From: an uncultured Gammaproteobacteria bacterium
Lineage (GTDB): Bacteria; Patescibacteriota; Patescibacteriia; Magasanikbacterales; UBA922
DNA: 50,314 nucleotides
Assembly: GCA_964516055.1 (NCBI GenBank)
Contig: CAZEYK010000002.1
Location: forward strand, 1-50,314
Direction: 5' to 3'
Shown here: positions 45,754 through 50,314 of the stretch, piece after piece
How the letters are laid out: each line of letters opens with the position of its first letter
How positions within the stretch are numbered: the first letter of the stretch is position 1
Position numbers and translations under genes: made by a program
Notes under the pieces: model-generated
Databases searched by the model: none
Seen by the model: only the letters and a program-made list of their open reading frames with translations
Told to the model about the DNA's origin: nothing

Positions 45754-46662
45754 ATGTCACGACACGAACCAGTTTTATTAGCAGAAGTAATAGAAAATGT
45801 ATCCCTAACCTCCGGAATGACGGTCATTGACTGTACCGTCGGTGATGGTGGTCATTCAGAAAAACTTGTACAAGCTATTGGAAATAAAGGAACGCTCCTT
45901 GCAATTGATGCCGATCCCGAATCACTTCTTCGTGCAAAGAAATATCTTCATGAATACAAAGATAACATTCGATTTGTACGAGGAAACTTTGAACATCTCA
46001 AAGAAATAGCAGAAAAAGAGCATATTGATTCAGCAAACGTTATTCTCATGGATTTTGGTTGGTCTAGTCCACAGTTTTCAGATAGGAATAGAGGATTTAG
46101 TTTTCAGGGTGAAGAACCCCTCGATATGCGCTACGGCGCTGGACTCGATCACAATATCACTGCCAAAGAAATAGTAAATCAATGGTCAGCAGAAGAGCTT
46201 GAGAAAATATTCAAAGAATACGGCGAAGAAAAGCAAGCAACAAAAATTGCCCACGCAATAACAGAAGCAAGAAAAGACAAAGAAATTGAAACAACAAAAG
46301 ACCTGGTAGACATTATCCTTACTGTATTCCGTGATAAGTTTCAAACCAAAAAAGATTTGCCATGGGTTGGTGGACTACATCCTGCCACAAAAATATTTCA
46401 AGCATTGCGTATTGCTGTAAATGATGAACTTGGTGTTATAGAACGAGTACTTCCTCAAGCAATAGAGTTACTCGCTCCAGGAGGACGGCTCGCTATCATC
46501 ACGTTTCATTCACTAGAAGATCGCATCGTAAAACATTACTTCAAAAAACGACAAGAAGAAATAGCTATCATTACCAAAAAACCAATCGTCCCTACAGACG
46601 AAGAAGCAAAACAAAACTCCAGGTCACGTTCCGCAAAACTCCGAGTCATCGAAAAAAAATAA
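45754..46662 (+). CDS. rsmH: 16S rRNA (cytosine1402-N4)-methyltransferase RsmH
   Basis: HEPVLLAEV, DCTVGDGGHS, DFGWSSPQF, FHSLEDRIVK. Confidence 0.95.
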   Translation: MSRHEPVLLAEVIENVSLTSGMTVIDCTVGDGGHSEKLVQAIGNKGTLLAIDADPESLLRAKKYLHEYKDNIRFVRGNFEHLKEIAEKEHIDSANVILMDFGWSSPQFSDRNRGFSFQGEEPLDMRYGAGLDHNITAKEIVNQWSAEELEKIFKEYGEEKQATKIAHAITEARKDKEIETTKDLVDIILTVFRDKFQTKKDLPWVGGLHPATKIFQALRIAVNDELGVIERVLPQAIELLAPGGRLAIITFHSLEDRIVKHYFKKRQEEIAIITKKPIVPTDEEAKQNSRSRSAKLRVIEKK

Positions 46663-46663
46663 T

Positions 46664-47005
46664 ATGAAAACAAAAGAAAAAAAACAAACCATGCGACAAA
46701 AAAAGCTCAAAATGAGAAAGCTTATTGTGAGTAATACGTTTCGGGTGGGGATGATTAGTATCATTGCTGTTTTTGGGCTTTTGAATATTATTCAAATTAC
46801 CAGAATTTCCACCACAGGATATCAAATGAATGACTTAGAAAAAGAAATTGTTTCCCTCAAGAGAGACACAAAACAATTAGAAGTACATATTTCAACATAC
46901 CGCTCCATAAATCGTATTCAAGAAAGAGTTGAAGATATGGAACTCGTGCGAGCAGACTCCATAGAATACATAACTATTCCAGGAAACATTGTTGCCAGAA
47001 GATAA
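46664..47005 (+). CDS. FtsL-like cell division protein (basic N-terminus, one TM, coiled coil)
   Basis: Position immediately after rsmH. The architecture is KK-rich tail, TM (MISIIAVFGLLNIIQI) and heptad-like region. Confidence 0.5.
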   Translation: MKTKEKKQTMRQKKLKMRKLIVSNTFRVGMISIIAVFGLLNIIQITRISTTGYQMNDLEKEIVSLKRDTKQLEVHISTYRSINRIQERVEDMELVRADSIEYITIPGNIVARR

Positions 47006-47021
47006 AATAAGATACAAAAAA

Positions 47022-47052
47022 ATAATTCCCACATAGGGAGTTTTTTATTTTT
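47022..47052 (+). terminator. intrinsic terminator after the ftsL-like gene
   Basis: AATTCCC / GGGAGTT stem with a 5-nt loop, then TTTTTTATTTTT. Confidence 0.55.
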
Positions 47053-47127
47053 GTGGTAAAATAATAACGTAATACAATTCATATACCATTGTCGCAAAAT
47101 ATATATGTGACATGACGCTATTTGTTT

Positions 47128-47481
47128 ATGAATATTATTGTTCTCCAACGCATTGCACTAGAATTTTTTCTTGATTTTATCTATTTTCCAATCTGGTGGT
47201 ACACCGGTGGTATTGTGTATGCTGCCAAATATTGTATCAATCTCACGCTCAGTGCAAATGACCAGCTTGCTCCCATGTTATGGCTCAAAAATTTACTTGT
47301 TCCCATGTTTGGTCAATATGATTGGCAGGGGAGATTGGTAAGTTTTTTCATGAGATTGGTAAATGTCATATTTCGTGAGCTCATGGTATTTTTTGTGGGC
47401 ATGTGTGCTTGTATATTATTTGTTTTGTGGCTTATTGTGCCATTATTTGTGTGTATTATGTTTGTGCTTTCATTACGTTAA
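47128..47481 (+). CDS. small polytopic membrane protein (117 aa), unknown function
   Basis: 3-4 hydrophobic helices. Its stop is 3 nt before the Clp-like ATG, so translational or operonic coupling is likely. Confidence 0.5.
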   Translation: MNIIVLQRIALEFFLDFIYFPIWWYTGGIVYAAKYCINLTLSANDQLAPMLWLKNLLVPMFGQYDWQGRLVSFFMRLVNVIFRELMVFFVGMCACILFVLWLIVPLFVCIMFVLSLR

Positions 47482-47484
47482 TTT

Positions 47485-50244
47485 ATGTTATTTGAAAAAG
47501 GAAAAGACATATCACTTGCGCCATATAGTCCACACCAATCAGGACTATTTGCTAAACTAAAATATACAAAAGACACCGGAATAAAACATGCTCAAATTAT
47601 TCGGAACAGTGTGTTATTTTGGGGGAAGCCTCTCACCAATTATCACATCACACTCAGGAGATACCGTCAGTATTTGCGAAACTTTCAATTTATAGGGAGT
47701 TTAATATTTACCGTAGGTTTCCTGGGTATATTTTTTTATATTGTTACCAAACAAGAATTCACAGATAAACTTTTTACCGTTAAATTTTGGACAGTTGCCG
47801 GGGAAAACCCAGTAAGAGTGCTCTTGTGGTTATCTGCCATATCATTTGGGTATCTTGTGTATCGGCTGGTAACAACAACACCTCATACCATACAAGTTGA
47901 TGAAATTGAACAAAACAAAGATCTTTTCACAGATAGAACAATTGAACAGCAAGACTCCATGGTAACTGTTGCCCCAGATCAAATTGCAAAAAAACATCAT
48001 CACGATATTTCTGCTGTATATACCGAAGAAACCATACACATCCTCGAACAAGCATTCATTACCGCAAAAATGTACAAAAACGCACAAGTAGAAATAGAGC
48101 ATCTGTTCTATGCACTCCTGCAAGCACCAAGTATGAAAGCCATTTTTCTTCGCTTAGGTATTGCTGTCACCTCTATTGAAAAAGGATTAAAAACTTATTT
48201 TTCACAACAAGAACATATCACCGCAACGCCAACCATAAACAGCGATGTAGAACAAATACTCTATATGGCATATGATGAAGCTTATAGAGCACGTCAGCCA
48301 TACGTACACATCACAGAATTGCTTGTATCAGTAATAAAAAAATCAGAAAAATTACAAGAAGTACTCTATGAATTAAACATTGATAAACAAAAGCTCCTCA
48401 ATGTAATTGAATGGGTTCGTGTTCGAGAAATGCTTATCATGCGTAAAAAATCATTTTATAAAGCTGCCCGAAAACGAAGTAAAAGCGGCATAGACAGAGC
48501 CATGACAGCCGTTGCAACACCATTTTTGGATTCATTTAGCCAAGATATTACTCTCGCCGCAAAGTATAATCATCTTGAACCCTGTGTTGCCAGAAATAAA
48601 GAAATTCAAGAAATATTTCGTATTATTGATGGTGGTCGGCAAAGTATTGTTCTTACGGGAGAACACGGGGTAGGAAAGATGAGTATTGTTGAAGGAATAG
48701 CTCAGCTCATGATAGAAGACAACGTTCCCAAACGATTACAAGACAAGCGACTCGTACAATTATCAACATCATCACTTATCGCTGGTACAACGGTAAATGG
48801 AGCCATTGATCGACTACAAAAGATCATGTTTGAAATTGCTCGTGCTGGCAATATTATTTTGTTTATCAATAGTATTCACGATCTGGTAAGCATCGCTGGA
48901 GATAGCGAAGGGCTCGATGTATCAGAAGCATTATCCGAATATCTTGGGCCAGGAAGATTCTTGACCATTGCCACTACCACCATTGATGGCTACAACAAAC
49001 ATATTGCAAATAGCCAAGTCGGTAGTGTGTTCGCAAGAGTCAACATTGATCAAATGAATGAAAACCAAGCCATACAAGTATTAGAATCAAAAGTTGGTCG
49101 AGTTGAGTATAAACATCACGTATTTTTTTCGTATGATGCCTTAGAACAATCGGTAACACTCGCTGGAAAATTTCTTCACGATCAGCGGCTTCCAGAAAGT
49201 GCCATCAGCATCATGGCTGAAGCAGCAAGTTATACCAGACAAAAAAAGGGAGAAAACACCCTTGTCTCAGGAAATGACGTTGCTATCATCATTGGAGAAA
49301 AAACAGGTATCCCTACCGCCAGTATTTCAGAAGACGAATCTTCAAAACTGTTGCGTTTAGAAGAAGAAATGCACAAAAAAGTTATTGGGCAAGATGAAGC
49401 CGTTATTTTGGTATCAAGTGCCCTTCGTCGTGCCCGCGCAGAAATTCGTTCCAAAAAAAGGCCAATTGCGAACTTTCTTTTTCTGGGACCAACTGGGGTA
49501 GGAAAAACAGAACTTGCCAAAACTATTGCGAGTGTCTATTTTGGTGGTGAAGACAAAATGATCCGTATTGATATGAGTGAATTTCAAGATAAAAGCGGTA
49601 TATATCGACTCATTGGACAACCAGGAAAACAGGGGACTGGTATTCTTACCGAAGCCGTTCGCCAGCAACCATTTTCCCTTGTACTTCTCGACGAAATGGA
49701 AAAGGCAGATCCAAATATTCTCAATTTATTTTTGCAAGTATTTGATGATGGGCGACTAACAGATAGCGTAGGAAGGTTGATTGACTTCACTAATACCATC
49801 ATCATTGCCACATCAAACGCTGCTACCGACTATGTATCAAAGCGCCTTGCCGAACAGGCCCTGCTCGAAGATATTCGTCAAGAACTTGTGCGTGGAGAAT
49901 TAAAACAATATTATCGACCGGAGTTTCTCAATCGGTTTGATGGCATTGTGCTTTTCCGTGCACTCAGACGGGAAGAAATAAAGCAAATTGCTGCGCTTAT
50001 GCTCCAGCGTGTTGCCAAAGATTTAGAAACACGTGGAGTAGCACTTGAAGTGCAAGATGTCGCGCTCGAAGCACTGGCTGAAGTTGGGTTTGATCCAGAA
50101 TTTGGAGCACGGCCCCTGCGTCGTGCTATCCAAGATTATATAGAAAATAAACTCGCCGACCTTGTGCTCAAAAATGAACTCAAACGTCGCGACACCATCG
50201 TTATTGGAGAAAACATGGGTATTTCAATAAAACACACTGCATAG
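47485..50244 (+). CDS. Clp/Hsp100 AAA+ ATPase (ClpA/B/C family) with N-terminal 2-TM extension and degenerate D1
   Basis: Two Clp_N repeats (LFYALLQAPSMKAIFLRLGI; ELLVSVIKKSEKLQEVL). D1 reads GEHGVGKMSIVEGIA and ILFINSIHDL. D2 reads GPTGVGKTELAK, LVLLDEMEKA, FRPEFLNRFDG. Confidence 0.88.
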   Translation: MLFEKGKDISLAPYSPHQSGLFAKLKYTKDTGIKHAQIIRNSVLFWGKPLTNYHITLRRYRQYLRNFQFIGSLIFTVGFLGIFFYIVTKQEFTDKLFTVKFWTVAGENPVRVLLWLSAISFGYLVYRLVTTTPHTIQVDEIEQNKDLFTDRTIEQQDSMVTVAPDQIAKKHHHDISAVYTEETIHILEQAFITAKMYKNAQVEIEHLFYALLQAPSMKAIFLRLGIAVTSIEKGLKTYFSQQEHITATPTINSDVEQILYMAYDEAYRARQPYVHITELLVSVIKKSEKLQEVLYELNIDKQKLLNVIEWVRVREMLIMRKKSFYKAARKRSKSGIDRAMTAVATPFLDSFSQDITLAAKYNHLEPCVARNKEIQEIFRIIDGGRQSIVLTGEHGVGKMSIVEGIAQLMIEDNVPKRLQDKRLVQLSTSSLIAGTTVNGAIDRLQKIMFEIARAGNIILFINSIHDLVSIAGDSEGLDVSEALSEYLGPGRFLTIATTTIDGYNKHIANSQVGSVFARVNIDQMNENQAIQVLESKVGRVEYKHHVFFSYDALEQSVTLAGKFLHDQRLPESAISIMAEAASYTRQKKGENTLVSGNDVAIIIGEKTGIPTASISEDESSKLLRLEEEMHKKVIGQDEAVILVSSALRRARAEIRSKKRPIANFLFLGPTGVGKTELAKTIASVYFGGEDKMIRIDMSEFQDKSGIYRLIGQPGKQGTGILTEAVRQQPFSLVLLDEMEKADPNILNLFLQVFDDGRLTDSVGRLIDFTNTIIIATSNAATDYVSKRLAEQALLEDIRQELVRGELKQYYRPEFLNRFDGIVLFRALRREEIKQIAALMLQRVAKDLETRGVALEVQDVALEALAEVGFDPEFGARPLRRAIQDYIENKLADLVLKNELKRRDTIVIGENMGISIKHTA

Positions 50245-50314
50245 CATAGGAAAAAGAAGAAAAAGCCAAAGGGCTTTATCTTGATATTATCCACTGCTAT
50301 AATACGAGTATATG

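Noticed and set aside
1-50314. CRISPR arrays, rRNA genes, and alternative genetic code (UGA recoding)
   Set aside because: I saw no regularly spaced direct repeats and no rRNA-like sequence. Long conserved genes (dnaK, uvrA, uvrB, lepA, recJ) are full-length under the standard stop-codon set.

Overview
This is a roughly 50 kb window from a streamlined, low-GC bacterium (hand counts give about 37% G+C in core genes). Genes are tightly packed and mostly lack Shine-Dalgarno (SD) sequences. Several repair and chaperone proteins are reduced in size. This fits a Patescibacteria/CPR-like genome, but that placement is inference, not a search result. Most of the window is housekeeping: an ABC-F ATPase; an envelope-glycan trio (GT28-like transferase, DMT membrane protein, anchored glycosidase); tRNA-Val(UAC); an amino-acid permease; a CE4 deacetylase; metK, uppP, a CCA-adding enzyme, yidC and an SPFH protein; a CIRCE-controlled heat-shock locus (hrcA-grpE-hsp20-orf-dnaK-orf-dnaJ-like); rnhA, recJ, an FMN reductase, lepA, murJ, corA and a beta-CASP MBL nuclease; uvrB, uvrA and uvrC; mraZ-rsmH-ftsL-like; and a Clp/Hsp100 ATPase. 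The points most worth follow-up are: (1) three tandem Hanks-type Ser/Thr kinases apparently co-transcribed with uvrA and sitting between uvrA and uvrC, next to a UvrA without its insertion domain and a UvrC without its (HhH)2 domain; (2) a membrane-tethered Clp/Hsp100 with a degenerate first ATPase module, paired with a small membrane protein, at the position where ftsI/ftsW normally follow ftsL; (3) a GC-rich foreign islet (about 25.0-26.9 kb) whose SD-led ORF is split by a 1157-bp IS element with 10-bp target duplications and an A8-frameshifted ZnF-HTH-DDE transposase, followed by hairpin-dense non-coding DNA; (4) a 620-bp ORF-poor, hairpin-dense gap upstream of uvrB with a promoter-to-terminator candidate sRNA and an SD-sequestering hairpin; (5) a 120-nt palindromic element plus an AT-rich orphan ORF splitting the heat-shock operon. 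I found no CRISPR array and no rRNA. All calls rest on motif recognition and hand folding. No database search was possible, and start codons are best guesses.
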